Assembly: GCA_965219095.1 (NCBI GenBank)
Contig: CBDCMT010000001.1
Coordinates: forward strand, 768,001 to 832,000
DNA: 64,000 bases
Reading direction: 5' to 3'
From: Bdellovibrionales bacterium
GTDB lineage: Bacteria > Bdellovibrionota > Bdellovibrionia > Bdellovibrionales > UBA1609
This document shows, piece after piece, positions 21,191 through 32,157 of this stretch. The notes below the pieces were generated by a model. It saw only the letters and a list, made by a program, of their open reading frames with translations. It was not told where the DNA came from and did not search any database. The position numbers and the translations under genes are program-made. Position 1 is the stretch's first letter. The number at the start of each line of letters is the position of its first letter.

Positions 21191-22593
21191 ATGCAGGTTG
21201 GATGACAGCAGGTTATATTGTTTCAGCTGTTTTGTTTATTTTAAGTTTAGGAAGCTTAAGTCAACAAGAAACAGCAAGAAAAGGCAACCTTTATGGCATG
21301 TGGGGTATGTTCTTAGCCTTGGTTGTTGTGACCACAGGGGTGTTTTATTTTTCAGAATATACATCCAGGATAGTCGTCCTTGGTTTGGTTTTATCTTTGT
21401 CCTTAGGAAGTTTTGTGGGAGCTATGGTGGCCAGAAGAGTGGCTATGACACAAATGCCACAATTGATAGCTATTTTACATAGTTTTGTTGGTTTAGCAGC
21501 TGTTTTAGTGGATATAGCTCATTATATTTCTTTTGAAGGTATTGGTATTGAAAAAACAATTCATGATTTAGAAATTTACTTAGGTATTTTTATTGGAGCT
21601 ATCACTTTCACAGGATCGGTTGTGGCATTTTTAAAGTTGCAAGGTTTGATCTCAGGAAAACCCCTGCTTCTTCCCGCTCGTCATGTACTTAACGTTTTAT
21701 GTCTTCTGGTATGTTTGTTTTTAGCTTTTGTGTTTGTAAGTGCTTCTTCTGAGTCTGCTTGGCTGGCCTTATGGATTATGTTGGGAATTTCTTTGTTTTT
21801 AGGTTTTCATATGGTTATGGCTATTGGAGGAGCGGATATGCCTGTTGTGGTATCTATGCTAAATAGCTATTCAGGATGGGCTGCTGTAGCAGTTGGTTTT
21901 ACCTTAAATAATGATCTTTTGATTGTTACAGGGGCTTTAGTGGGTTCTAGCGGAGCCATTTTAAGCTACATTATGTGCAAGGCTATGAATCGTAATTTTT
22001 TTGGTGTTATTTTAGGAGGTTTTGGCACTCATGAAGGAATTGTAAGTCGAGATCCTCACATTGATGGTGGAGTTCAGGAGTGGTCAACTAGTGAGGTTGT
22101 GAAAGTTTTAAAAAATGAGTGTAAAGATGTTGTGATCGTTCCAGGCTATGGGATGGCTGTAGCTCAAGCACAAAATGCTGTTAGTGAGTTGATGCATAAA
22201 ATGCAAGGTTATAACATAAGTTTACGTTTTGCCATTCACCCTGTAGCAGGACGCCTGCCGGGGCATATGAATGTTTTGTTGGCAGAGGCAAGAATTCCTT
22301 ATAAGTTAGTTTTTGAGTTAGATGAGATCAATAAGGACTTTCCTAAAACAGACATGGTTTTCATTATTGGTGCTAATGATATTGTCAACCCCTCGGCCTT
22401 AGAAGATGAAAATAGCCCTATTGCAGGTATGCCTGTTTTAGAAGTCTGGAAAGCAAAACATGTGGTGGTTTTAAAAAGAAGTATGAGATCGGGCTATGCT
22501 GGTGTAGATAACCCTTTGTTTTATAAAAGCAATACAAGGATGCTGTTTGGTGATGCTAAGGACAGTGTCCTGTCTTTATTAGAAAAACTTTAA
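21187..22593 (+). CDS. pntB: NAD(P) transhydrogenase subunit beta
   Basis: [32 protein letters not shown] and [10 protein letters not shown] motifs. Confidence 0.96.
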   Translation: MNAGWMTAGYIVSAVLFILSLGSLSQQETARKGNLYGMWGMFLALVVVTTGVFYFSEYTSRIVVLGLVLSLSLGSFVGAMVARRVAMTQMPQLIAILHSFVGLAAVLVDIAHYISFEGIGIEKTIHDLEIYLGIFIGAITFTGSVVAFLKLQGLISGKPLLLPARHVLNVLCLLVCLFLAFVFVSASSESAWLALWIMLGISLFLGFHMVMAIGGADMPVVVSMLNSYSGWAAVAVGFTLNNDLLIVTGALVGSSGAILSYIMCKAMNRNFFGVILGGFGTHEGIVSRDPHIDGGVQEWSTSEVVKVLKNECKDVVIVPGYGMAVAQAQNAVSELMHKMQGYNISLRFAIHPVAGRLPGHMNVLLAEARIPYKLVFELDEINKDFPKTDMVFIIGANDIVNPSALEDENSPIAGMPVLEVWKAKHVVVLKRSMRSGYAGVDNPLFYKSNTRMLFGDAKDSVLSLLEKL

Positions 22594-22596
22594 GAA

Positions 22597-22632
22597 TGAA
22601 AAAATCAGTTACACAATTTAATTTACAGGCTC
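22597..22632. repeat. IS256-like terminal repeat remnant
   Basis: TGAAAAAATCAGTTACACAATTTAATTTACAGGCTC; related copies at ~7617, 30085, 48835, 58077 and 63795. Confidence 0.5.
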
Positions 22633-22639
22633 TTTGAAG

Positions 22640-22747
22640 GTAACTGTTCACTTAAATTCTAGTGATTTTAATGTTTAGAGAGGTATTCAGTAGCCATGTC
22701 AACGAAGGATAGATTCTGTTTTTTGGCCGTTCGAGCGACACTCATCT
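22640..22747 (-). mobile_element. IS66 type B right-end fragment
   Basis: Matches 8073-8180. Confidence 0.85.
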
Positions 22748-22836
22748 GTGATAGTTGCGACTTTGGCAAGTTATAACAGAGAAGCCCCCGCATGCTTGGA
22801 CGGAGGCCTATTTAAAAACAAGAGTTCTTTTAATTT

Positions 22837-23400
22837 TCAATCTTTTTGAAGAAATAAAGTTACTTTATTGCAAACCACTGCAAACATTGTTCCTAATATC
22901 AATCCTGCTCTAGTCGCTGGAGCAACTTTTACTGCTAAAGCTGAAAATGTGTCTCCCATAAATACACTTGCGATTATTGCTGATGTAAACCCTACAGCGC
23001 CAGTAAACGCACCTGTATCCACTGCCACATCGGCACTGCTCTTATTAGGACTATAATGTGCTTGCATCATACCTATAGAACAACCAGAACCAACACTTAA
23101 AGCACCAACAACACCAACAGCAATAATAGGAGCAACTGCAACTTGTACTCCACCAGCTGTATGTAAACTTGCTGTTTTAGATATGAGTTCTGCCTCAGCT
23201 AACTCTTGATCTCCGCATTTTTCCAAGTCAAATAAGGACTTACTTGAAAAGCTTGGATTTAAAAAATGGGGAGTGTACTTTCCTATATCCTCAGAGGGGA
23301 TCTTACAATACTCCCCTGCCTCATTCTCTACAGCAATAGAAGCTACCTTGTAGTGTTCAATAATGTATTTAGTAAGCTCTTCCTTAGCTATAGCCTGACT
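22837..23400 (-). pseudogene. Glycine-zipper protein paralog, 5'-truncated by ISL3
   Basis: SQAIAKEELT...GGVQVAV is shared with 13194-13760; the ORF-track N-terminus is ISL3 sequence. Confidence 0.7.
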
Positions 23401-24912
23401 GGCTCCTCCCGGGAATCTGTGGGTGAAAAGTAGTAGAAATCCCCCAAAAGAGCTCATATTAATCAAAGTAAGAGTAAGACATTCTATCTTGTATTTTTGA
23501 GTTCTTTGAGGCCCTTACTGGCCTCTATCACCTCCGGTGATTGAACTCAAAAACATTCTTTTATTTGCTGTATTACATTAAAATTTTAAAAAAGAAGCAC
23601 CTACTTCCCAGATGCCTTAAAATGTTATTCAAAAAAAAAAAAAAAAAGGAGGGAAGAGATGCTTTTGAAGACTATACTAAATGATTGTTTAAGATGGAAG
23701 TCTTTTGTATACGGAGACATTTATTTTTCAAAAGATAGAAAGTCAATTAATGTTCCTATTAAGGCTCGTAAAAATGGCCAAGCTTTTTGTAGTGTTTGTA
23801 AGAAGCCCTGTTCAGTGTATGACAGCAGTAAATCATCACGGGACTTTGAATCCCTTCCTATTTTAAGTTACAGGGTGTTTTTTGTTTATTTTGTAAGAAG
23901 AGTTAATTGTTCTTGCTGTGGAGTAAAAGTTGAGTATTTACCTTGGGCAGATGGGAAGAAAAACCTAACAATTTTTTACATGAAGTACTTAGCTGACTGG
24001 TGTCGTCACCTGTCTTGGAAAGAGGTTTCTTGTAAGTTTCAGGTCAGTTGGAATCAGGTCTATGCTTCGGTAGAATGGGTCGTAGAATATGGTTTAAAAC
24101 AAAGGGTTTTAAAGGGAATACAAGCTATAGGTGTAGATGAAATACAATGGAAAAAGAACCATCAGTATCTCACCTTAGTCTATGAAATAAGCAAAGAAAG
24201 TGTTCGTTTGCTATGGATAGGAGAAAAAAGAACAGAGGAGAGTTTCAACAAGTTTTTTGATTTACTAGGAGAGAAGTCAAAAGATATACAGTTTGTGTGT
24301 TCTGATATGTGGAAGCCCTATTTAAAAGTAATAAAGGAAAGGGCAAGTCAAGCTTTGAATATATTAGATCGGTTTCATATCGTAGCAAGACTCAATAAGG
24401 CTTTAGACGAAGTGAGAGCTTCAGAACACAAAAAAATGAAAGAAGACGGGTATGAACCCCTTTTAACAAAAGCTAGATGGCCCTTGTTAAAAAATGCAGA
24501 AAATTTAAAATCTTATGAAAAAGTAAAATTAAGGCATTTAATACAGTACAATTTAAAAAGTATCCGCTGTTATCTTTTAAAAGAAGACTTCCGACAGTTA
24601 TGGACCTATGTTTCACCAACTTGGGCTGGTAAATTTATAGACAGTTGGACGAGACGAGTCATGCTTTCAAAAATTGAACCTATGAAAAGAGAAGCAAAAA
24701 CCATACGAAGACATAAGCTACTTATTCTTAATTACTTCAAGGCTAAAAAAGCCTTCTCCTCAGGGATTGTAGAGGGTTTAAACAACAAAGTAAAACTCAC
24801 TATGAGAAAATCTTACGGCTTTAGAACCTCTAAAGCTATAAAAATCGCCTTATATCATAACCTTGGAAAACTGCCAGAACCTCCGGGAACCCACAGATTC
24901 TTTTGAGGAGGC
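23401..24912 (+). mobile_element. ISL3-family IS, copy 3 (no target duplication)
   Basis: Full ends present; flanks GCCTGACT and CTCTTTTT differ. Confidence 0.95.
23659..24906 (+). CDS. ISL3-family transposase
   Basis: Near-identical to the other copies. Confidence 0.95.
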   Translation: MLLKTILNDCLRWKSFVYGDIYFSKDRKSINVPIKARKNGQAFCSVCKKPCSVYDSSKSSRDFESLPILSYRVFFVYFVRRVNCSCCGVKVEYLPWADGKKNLTIFYMKYLADWCRHLSWKEVSCKFQVSWNQVYASVEWVVEYGLKQRVLKGIQAIGVDEIQWKKNHQYLTLVYEISKESVRLLWIGEKRTEESFNKFFDLLGEKSKDIQFVCSDMWKPYLKVIKERASQALNILDRFHIVARLNKALDEVRASEHKKMKEDGYEPLLTKARWPLLKNAENLKSYEKVKLRHLIQYNLKSIRCYLLKEDFRQLWTYVSPTWAGKFIDSWTRRVMLSKIEPMKREAKTIRRHKLLILNYFKAKKAFSSGIVEGLNNKVKLTMRKSYGFRTSKAIKIALYHNLGKLPEPPGTHRFF

Positions 24913-25628
24913 CTCTTTTTTATACAATGAAAATGTTTACTCTCATGTAAGGACTAAGGTAGAAATAAATGGAGTTATGTGTGTAGCACATATTTTTTTA
25001 GATAAAGAAAGAAGAGCAAGGGAGGAGAGTTTGTTGATAAGAAAAATGTCATATTTGGAATCAATTTTTTCAGAGAAGGGTTTTAAAGATGAAATAAGTG
25101 CCGAAGAATATATTAAAGAAACAATGAAGTCAAAGAGAAGATTCTTTAAAGTAAAGAAGAGAAACAAAAGGGTTACTATAGAAAGAGATGAAGTTTTCCT
25201 CAAAGAGGCAGTTATGCAAATGGGAAAGTTTATTTTTATTACAAATGAAAGGGGTTTAGATCGGAAGGATGTGTTATCGCTTTATCGTAGTAGAGATGGG
25301 ATAGAAAGATTATTTAGATCTTTTAAGCACGATATTCTTGAAAAAAGGAGTAGGGTAAAATCATCCACTTCAATGAAGGGAAGTGTTTTTATAAACTTTT
25401 TAGCTTTGATTTTAATTTCTCATATTGATAAGATTATGAATCAGGAAAAGTTGTACAAAAAAGTTACTAAAAAGGAGTTATTTAGAACACTTGATCAACT
25501 TAAAGTTTACCATCTTGCAAATGATAAGATCATTTTAGCCGAAGTATCAAAACGTCAAAAAGAAATTTTTTCGGCGTTTAAATTGTTGAAAAAGCTCAAA
25601 CCTAGTTATAACTCAACGGGATTTTAGG
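24913..25628 (+). pseudogene. IS1634-family transposase C-terminal fragment and right end
   Basis: GKFIFITN...LSLYRSRDGIERLFRSFK...GSVFINFLAL; ends GGGATTTTAGG. Confidence 0.7.
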
Positions 25629-25638
25629 TTATTCAGGA

Positions 25639-26046
25639 GTGGATCAAGCCCTGATTCCTATGCCTAAACGATACCGCAAAAAAGGCAATATCCCTGCTTT
25701 TGAGATCGATATAGAAAGGGTAGCAAACAAAGAAGACTTAGATTCCTGCTTTAAAGACCCCTATCTTCAAGCAAGAATTACTTCAGTTTTAACAAAATCT
25801 CATTTAAAAAAGATGAAAAAAAATGAACTAAAAGCTATAAAAGATTACATACAAAGCCATACTTGCCACAATCTTAGTTGGATGAAAATACGAAAAAATG
25901 AAAGAGTGATCAAAAGAAGCCTAGGCCATAGATGTCCTGGTTTATATGGCATGTCGGGGTCTTTTATGAATTTTGAGTGTCATAACAAGAAAGCTCTTTT
26001 TGTTCATGAGGGACATCTCTTCATAGCTGCTAGTGATGAAGTTCAC
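25639..26046 (+). pseudogene. Fragment, possibly the C-terminal part of a trypsin-like serine protease
   Basis: HRCPGLYGMSGS resembles the HxC...GxSGS motif; bounded by IS1634 and a MITE end. Confidence 0.35.
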
Positions 26047-26083
26047 TCAGTAGAAGTCAAGGGCTGTTAAGAAACCGACTTAC
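26046..26083. mobile_element. Solo GTAA-MITE end
   Basis: CTCAGTAGAAGTCAAGGGCTGTTAAGAAACCGACTTAC. Confidence 0.75.
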
Positions 26084-26147
26084 GCTAAACCACAGCATTC
26101 AAGCACTTCAAGCCTCTGTAGTCAGTCGCCCATAACCCTCTTTTATT

Positions 26148-26190
26148 GTAACTGTTCACTTAACTAGTGATTTTAATGTTTAGAGAGAGG
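26148..26190 (-). mobile_element. IS66 type B right-end stub
   Basis: GTAACTGTTCACTTAA...TAGTGATTTTAATGTTTAGAGAG matches the 8073 end. Confidence 0.7.
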
Positions 26191-26342
26191 TGGATTCAAT
26201 AAGTGCTAAGGATATTTTAGTTCACTTAAATTCTCCTTAATGAATTGGATGACAGACTGTGATGACGGAAAAATTCTTTTCTCTAACTCTGATCTTCCCC
26301 TGTTTTTGCGGACAGTCAATTTTCTCTTAAAGTCTCCATAAA

Positions 26343-26648
26343 ATGGAGGTAAAAGAAAGAATGGAAAAAGTAAAACAGTACTCGGAAGAGTTTAAAAAGC
26401 AAGCCATTGAATTGGCAGAGGAAATAGGTGCAAAGGAAGCCTCAGAGAAGCTAGGACTGAGAAATTTCCAAGTGATAAGCTCTTGGAAGCGTTTTCTAAA
26501 GCCTGAAGTAGAAAGACAAGCTTCCCATGACTTGGCTTCGGCATTGGAGGAAATAAAGAGGTTAAAAAAGGAGCTGGTCTATGAGAGGCGGAGTGTAGGT
26601 ATATTGAAAGAGGCAGCGGCTTTTTTTTCAAAGGAAATCCTGAAATGA
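26343..26648 (+). CDS. IS3 OrfA
   Basis: YSEEFKKQAIEL HTH; ILKEAAAFF. Confidence 0.92.
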   Translation: MEVKERMEKVKQYSEEFKKQAIELAEEIGAKEASEKLGLRNFQVISSWKRFLKPEVERQASHDLASALEEIKRLKKELVYERRSVGILKEAAAFFSKEILK

Positions 26649-27511
26649 GATTTAAGGCTATGTTTTATGTAAAAGAGAAAGGGCATCCAGTGCTTCGCAT
26701 TTGCGAATTATTAAGAGGATCTCGTTCTGGTTTTTATAGTTTTTTAAAAACCAGGGGAAAGCTTGAAAAGGATAAAAATCTGGAGAAAAACATAGAATCT
26801 ATTTTTAAAAAAAATAAAGGCTGTTATGGTTCCCCCAGGGTGTATAGGGAATTAAAGCGTTGCGGAGTGAGTGCTGGAGAAAACAAAGTAGCTCGAATTA
26901 TGAAACTAAAGAATCTCAGTGCCCGTCAGAAAAAACCCTATGTTCCTAGAACAACAAAGAATAACCCTCTCATGATTAAGTCTCCTCGGTTGTTTAAGAC
27001 AGGACAGAGCCAAGCAGGAAAAGAAAACCAGGTATGGTGTTCGGATTTAACCTATATTCCTTTTAGAGATAAATTTCTGTATTTGGTTGTATTTTTAGAT
27101 GTCTATAATCGAGAGATTAAGTCTTGGAAGCTCTGTGAGAGCTTGGACGGGGTTCATTCAAAACAGGCTCTGAGAGCCGCAGTCCAATCTGTTTCTGGGA
27201 ACTTAGAGGGCTTGATAATCCACTCGGATCAAGGGGTTCAATATTGTTGTGAAGGGTTTAGAAAAGAATTGAAATTCTTTGGCCTCAAGCAATCTATGTC
27301 TAGGAAAGGAAATTGTTATGATAATGCGTTTGTGGAGAGCTTTTTCCATACGTTGAAAGATGAACTGGAATACAAAGACTGTACAACGAAAGAAGAGTTG
27401 GAGAAAAAAATTGCAATTTACATGGATTGGTATAACAAGGTAAGAATGCATTCTTCCTTGAAATACATGAGCCCAAAAGAATTTAAACAAAGGAGGGCTT
27501 TAAGAACATAA
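26645..27511 (+). CDS. IS3 OrfB (DDE)
   Basis: YGSPR, WCSDLTYI, HSDQGVQY, GNCYDNAFVESFF and YNKVRMHSSL motifs. Confidence 0.95.
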   Translation: MRFKAMFYVKEKGHPVLRICELLRGSRSGFYSFLKTRGKLEKDKNLEKNIESIFKKNKGCYGSPRVYRELKRCGVSAGENKVARIMKLKNLSARQKKPYVPRTTKNNPLMIKSPRLFKTGQSQAGKENQVWCSDLTYIPFRDKFLYLVVFLDVYNREIKSWKLCESLDGVHSKQALRAAVQSVSGNLEGLIIHSDQGVQYCCEGFRKELKFFGLKQSMSRKGNCYDNAFVESFFHTLKDELEYKDCTTKEELEKKIAIYMDWYNKVRMHSSLKYMSPKEFKQRRALRT

Positions 27512-28278
27512 AAACTGTCCACTTTTTTGGGGGAAGATCACTCCTTTAAAATGTAATAGACGTTTATGATCTGACAGTTACCCTTTCTGGGTTGATAAAA
27601 AACTGTCTGTCAGTTTTCGTTCTGTTCAATCATCTTTTGCCTTACTTTTTGTTTTCCGTTAAAATGTAATAGACGTTATATGATCTGACAGTTACCCTTT
27701 CTGGGTTGATAAAAAACTGTCTGTCAGTTTTCGTTCTGTTCAATCATCTTTTGCCTTACTTTTTGTTTTCCGTCAAGGAAAGTTTCCATAGGTGTTCGAC
27801 CACAACACATTTTTCCCTGATGAGTCCTCCTTTCATTATATTTTACAAGCCACAAGTCAAGGTCAGACTGCAACTCTTCTATGCTTTTGTACACTTTTTT
27901 TCTAAACTCCACTTGATAAAACTCCTCTAAAATTGTTCTATGAAATCTTTCACAGATGCCATTGGTTTGAGGATGTCTTGCCTTTGTTTTTGTGTGCTCT
28001 ATATCATTGATAGCCAAATAAAGCTCATAATCGTGACGATCTTGAACTCCACAGAACTCTGTACCTCTATCTGTTAACATACGAAGCAGGGGCACATCAT
28101 GGTCTTCAAAAAAAGGAAACACTCTATCATTGAGAAGGTCAGCTGCTGTAATAGGTGTTTTCGTTTTATAGAGCTTACAGAAAGCAATTTTTGAGTAAGT
28201 GTCCACAAAGGTTTGTTGATAAAGACGTCCTACACCTTTCATAGTTCCCTGATCTTCCCCCAAAAAAGTGGACAGTTT

Positions 28279-29145
28279 TTATGTTCTTAAAGCCCTCCTT
28301 TGTTTAAATTCTTTTGGGCTCATGTATTTCAAGGAAGAATGCATTCTTACCTTGTTATACCAATCCATGTAAATTGCAATTTTTTTTTCCAACTCTTCCT
28401 TTGTTGTACAGTCTTTGTATTCCAGTTCATCTTTCAACGTATGGAAAAAGCTCTCCACAAACGCATTATCATAACAATTTCCTTTCCTAGACATAGATTG
28501 CTTGAGGCCAAAGAATTTCAATTCTTTTCTAAACCCTTCACAACAATATTGAACCCCTTGATCCGAGTGGATTATCAAGCCCTCTAAGTTCCCAGAAACA
28601 GATTGGACTGCGGCTCTCAGAGCCTGTTTTGAATGAACCCCGTCCAAGCTCTCACAGAGCTTCCAAGACTTAATCTCTCGATTATAGACATCTAAAAATA
28701 CAACCAAATACAGAAATTTATCTCTAAAAGGAATATAGGTTAAATCCGAACACCATACCTGGTTTTCTTTTCCTGCTTGGCTCTGTCCTGTCTTAAACAA
28801 CCGAGGAGACTTAATCATGAGAGGGTTATTCTTTGTTGTTCTAGGAACATAGGGTTTTTTCTGACGGGCACTGAGATTCTTTAGTTTCATAATTCGAGCT
28901 ACTTTGTTTTCTCCAGCACTCACTCCGCAACGCTTTAATTCCCTATACACCCTGGGGGAACCATAACAGCCTTTATTTTTTTTAAAAATAGATTCTATGT
29001 TTTTCTCCAGATTTTTATCCTTTTCAAGCTTTCCCCTGGTTTTTAAAAAACTATAAAAACCAGAACGAGATCCTCCTAATAATTCGCAGATGCGAAGCAC
29101 TGGATGCCCTTTCTCTTTTACATAAAACATAGCCTTAAATCTCAT
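28279..29145 (-). CDS. IS3 OrfB (DDE)
   Basis: One residue different from 26645-27511. Confidence 0.95.
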   Translation of the reverse strand: MRFKAMFYVKEKGHPVLRICELLGGSRSGFYSFLKTRGKLEKDKNLEKNIESIFKKNKGCYGSPRVYRELKRCGVSAGENKVARIMKLKNLSARQKKPYVPRTTKNNPLMIKSPRLFKTGQSQAGKENQVWCSDLTYIPFRDKFLYLVVFLDVYNREIKSWKLCESLDGVHSKQALRAAVQSVSGNLEGLIIHSDQGVQYCCEGFRKELKFFGLKQSMSRKGNCYDNAFVESFFHTLKDELEYKDCTTKEELEKKIAIYMDWYNKVRMHSSLKYMSPKEFKQRRALRT

Positions 29146-29447
29146 TTCAGGATTTCCTTTGAAAAAAAAGCCGCTGCCTCTTTCAATATACCTACACTCC
29201 GCCTCTCATAGACCAGCTCCTTTTTTAACCTCTTTATTTCCTCCAATGCCGAAGCCAAGTCATGGGAAGCTTGTCTTTCTACTTCAGGCTTTAGAAAACG
29301 CTTCCAAGAGCTTATCACTTGGAAATTTCTCAGTCCTAGCTTCTCTGAGGCTTCCTTTGCACCTATTTCCTCTGCCAATTCAATGGCTTGCTTTTTAAAC
29401 TCTTCCGAGTACTGTTTTACTTTTTCCATTCTTTCTTTTACCTCCAT
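29142..29447 (-). CDS. IS3 OrfA
   Basis: Identical protein to 26343-26648. Confidence 0.92.
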   Translation of the reverse strand: MEVKERMEKVKQYSEEFKKQAIELAEEIGAKEASEKLGLRNFQVISSWKRFLKPEVERQASHDLASALEEIKRLKKELVYERRSVGILKEAAAFFSKEILK

Positions 29448-29602
29448 TTTATGGAGACTTTAAGAGAAAATTGACTGTCCGCAGAAACAGGGGAAGTTCA
29501 TCCCACATAAAAAGTGTCCTGTGAGCCTAAATAACCAGGATGAGCTGTCTCTACCTCTCCGCACTCTAAATCCTCTTGTTTCTTCTTCTCTAGGGCTTGT
29601 AA

Positions 29603-29869
29603 TACCATTTCCAAAAATTAATTCGACATTCTTTTAACGCATTGCATCCTGGCTTTCTGATAAAACTCTGTTAAATTTTTAGAGTCATGTCGAAAAAAGA
29701 TTTAGTTACACAGATTCAAGGGTATGATTTTCTGGCTACTTACAAAGTGGAAAGAAGTGCCAACATCAAGATAAAACTCCAAGCTTTGCAGCATATGCAA
29801 GACGGAAAATCGATTCAAGAAACAGCAGGTATAGTTTTCTATCATCATCACAGTATCAAATCCTGGTTA
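29603..29869 (+). mobile_element. IS630-family left end and truncated transposase
   Basis: TACCATTTCCAAAAATTAATTCGAC end; MSKKDLVTQIQG N-terminus from 29687. Confidence 0.88.
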
Positions 29870-31274
29870 TACCAATTACAGAAATTAATTCGACATTTTT
29901 ATGTTCAAATTTAAAATTTTAAAATTGACTTAAGGAAAAGTTTCAATTAGGAGGCTTTAAAAAAGTTTTTTTTGAAGGGAGGTTGAGTTTTCATAAGATA
30001 TGTTTATTTTATGTATATCTATTGTTGTGTGAATCGATTGATGGGTTAAAATAAGTGTAAAAAAGTGAGGTTAAGATGTAAAATGAAAAAAATCAGTTAC
30101 GCAATTTAATTTATAGGTTCAAATTAATTTACAAGCTTGATTCATCTTGTTGTTTTGCCCAAGATCGAGTGCATAATTTTTTAATCCTGCCCTCCTGATC
30201 GCAAAAAGTATTCCAGGCCTCACAACAAGTATTCAGTATATGGTCATAGTTTTTAAAACATGCATTCGATAATTTGATCCTTCGTAATTGTTGCCAGACT
30301 TGTTCCATGGGATTTAATTCTGGACTATAAGGAGGTAAAGGCATCAGGGATAAATTCTTAGGAACTATCAAAGTCTCTGTGGTATGCCAACTGGCTCTGT
30401 CCATTAAAACAATTCCATGATAGTTTTCTTGAATATTTTTAGATATCTCATCTAAGTGAATTTGCATCATCCCTGAATTACATTCCGGTAAAATCCAAGC
30501 ACAGCCTTTATTTCTATCCGGACAAACTGCTCCAAAAATATAAGTGGATAAAAATTGTCTTTGCCTCACAACTCTAGGCCGTGTGCCTTTTCTTGCCCAA
30601 ATCCTGCTCAAAGAACCTTGCTGGCCTATTCTGCATTCATCCTGCCACCAAATCTCTATTTTATGAGTCTGAATCTTTTCCTTTATTTTCTCCACCTCTT
30701 CTGGAAAATGTTCCTTAAACTGTTCCATAGCTTCTTGTGAAGTTTTAGGATGAAGAGAACGACCACTGATCCATACAATATTAAGACGGTCTAAAAGAGC
30801 ATAAACCCCAGAAAGAGAATAGCAACAGTCAAATTCATTTGCTAAAAGTTCCTGTATTCCCTTTGCTCCTATGCTTCCTCCTTCTCTCTTGTCTTGAATT
30901 TCATCTAACTTGATTTTGAAGTTCTCTTCTTCTGTCACTGGTAAACGAGGCTTGCGCCCTCTGCCTTCTCGATCTATCAACCCCTCGTAATCAAAGTCTA
31001 CAAAAGACTGTAACCAGGATTTGATACTGTGACGGTGATAGAAAACTATACTTGCTGTTTCTTGAATCGATTTTCCTTCTTGCATATGCTGCAAAGCTTG
31101 GAGTTTTATCTTGATGTTGGCACTTCTTTCTACTTTGTAAGTAGCTAGAAAATCATACCCTTGAATTTGTGTAACTAAATCTTTTTTCGACACTCTAAAA
31201 ATTTAACAGAGTTTTATCAAAAAGCCAGGACGCTATGCGTTAAAAGAATGTCGAATTAATTTTTGGAAATGGTA
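29870..31274 (-). mobile_element. IS630-family IS
   Basis: TIRs TACCAATTACAGAAATTAATTCGAC / GTCGAATTAATTTTTGGAAATGGTA. Confidence 0.92.
30129..31193 (-). CDS. IS630-family transposase (GTG start after a 3-bp loss relative to sister copies)
   Basis: WWQDECR, MDRASWH and LPPYSPELNPMEQVW motifs. Confidence 0.93.
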   Translation of the reverse strand: MSKKDLVTQIQGYDFLATYKVERSANIKIKLQALQHMQEGKSIQETASIVFYHRHSIKSWLQSFVDFDYEGLIDREGRGRKPRLPVTEEENFKIKLDEIQDKREGGSIGAKGIQELLANEFDCCYSLSGVYALLDRLNIVWISGRSLHPKTSQEAMEQFKEHFPEEVEKIKEKIQTHKIEIWWQDECRIGQQGSLSRIWARKGTRPRVVRQRQFLSTYIFGAVCPDRNKGCAWILPECNSGMMQIHLDEISKNIQENYHGIVLMDRASWHTTETLIVPKNLSLMPLPPYSPELNPMEQVWQQLRRIKLSNACFKNYDHILNTCCEAWNTFCDQEGRIKKLCTRSWAKQQDESSL

Positions 31275-31336
31275 TAACTGCTCCTCTGTGAAAACCAAGC
31301 CTTCCTCTGCAGACTTCTTTTCTAAAGCTTTCAAAC

Positions 31337-31447
31337 GCTTTTTAAACTCTTCCGAGTACTGTTTTACTTTTTCCATTCTTTCTTTTACCTCCATTTTATG
31401 GAGACTTTAAGAGAAAATTGACTGTCCGCAGAAACAGGGGAAGTTCA
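31337..31447 (-). mobile_element. IS3 left-end stub
   Basis: Matches 29391-29500; joins IS481 through a GCTTTTT microhomology. Confidence 0.85.
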
Positions 31448-31929
31448 GTCTCTAAATTATTTCTCAGCCAGACCCCTCTAACTCCTGCAGGAGAAATAAA
31501 AATTCCTTTTTTCCTTAACTCATTGGACGCTCTCAACTGTCCATAGGCAGGAAGTTCTATAGCGATCCTTAAACAAGCCTCTTCTGTCGTTTGATCAACT
31601 CTGTTTTTTAAATTAGGCTTTCTACGACTTTGCTCTCTTAATGATTCTAAACCTCCTTCCTCTTTGAGTGTCTTGTAACGATAAAATGTATCTCTTGAAA
31701 AGCCCATCACCTTACAAGCTTGAGATACATTGCCTAACTCTTCTGCTAATTGCAAAAGACCTACTTTTGATTTTATAATTCTTTCTTGATATGTCATTTT
31801 TGTTATCCTTTCTCCACCCTTTGGGGTGGTATTGTTTATTTAAAAGGGTAACCTCTTTTCATCTCTTTGACATTTCGAGACGTGTCAGATTAAGTTGCGA
31901 CTATTACATTTAAAAGCATTTTCTCCTCT

Positions 31930-32157
31930 TTCTTAGTTAAAAAGGACCTTTTAGGATTGTAATTGTCGTTGATTAAACACTCTATCCCGCCTTTGTTATA
32001 ACGATCTCTATAGGATCTTATCGTGCCCTCATCAAGGAAAAGAAAGGGATAACCTTTTCTGCTTTACTAAAACCCCTTCTAAGGAACACTTTAAAGATTA
32101 AAAAAGACTCCCCAAGGTGATCTGCTTTTTCTATTTACTGAAATTGTATAACTGCTA
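31930..32157 (-). pseudogene. Remnant HTH N-terminus of a second IS630-like transposase
   Basis: Minus strand reads LDEGTIRSYRDRYNKGGIECLINDNYNPKRS; upstream part is decayed. Confidence 0.45.

Larger units (their letters stand above)
26290..27540 (+). mobile_element. IS3-family IS, copy 1
   Basis: TGATCTTCCCC...GGGGAAGATCA ends; 3-bp target duplication CTC. Confidence 0.95.
28250..29500 (-). mobile_element. IS3-family IS, copy 2
   Basis: Full ends; 4-bp target duplication TCCC inside IS481. Confidence 0.95.
27552..31908 (-). mobile_element. IS481-family IS disrupted by IS3, an IS630 composite and an IS3 end; right end tandemly duplicated
   Basis: TGTAATAG ends at 27552/27665 and CTATTACA at 31908; flanking TTTAAAA duplication. 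Transposase pieces at 27724-28249, 29501-29602, 31275-31343 and 31448-31797 match 35236-36279. Confidence 0.9.

Noticed and set aside
26290..29500. Composite transposon formed by two inverted IS3 copies
   Set aside because: Each copy has its own target duplication (CTC; TCCC), so they inserted independently, and the cargo is only IS481 debris.
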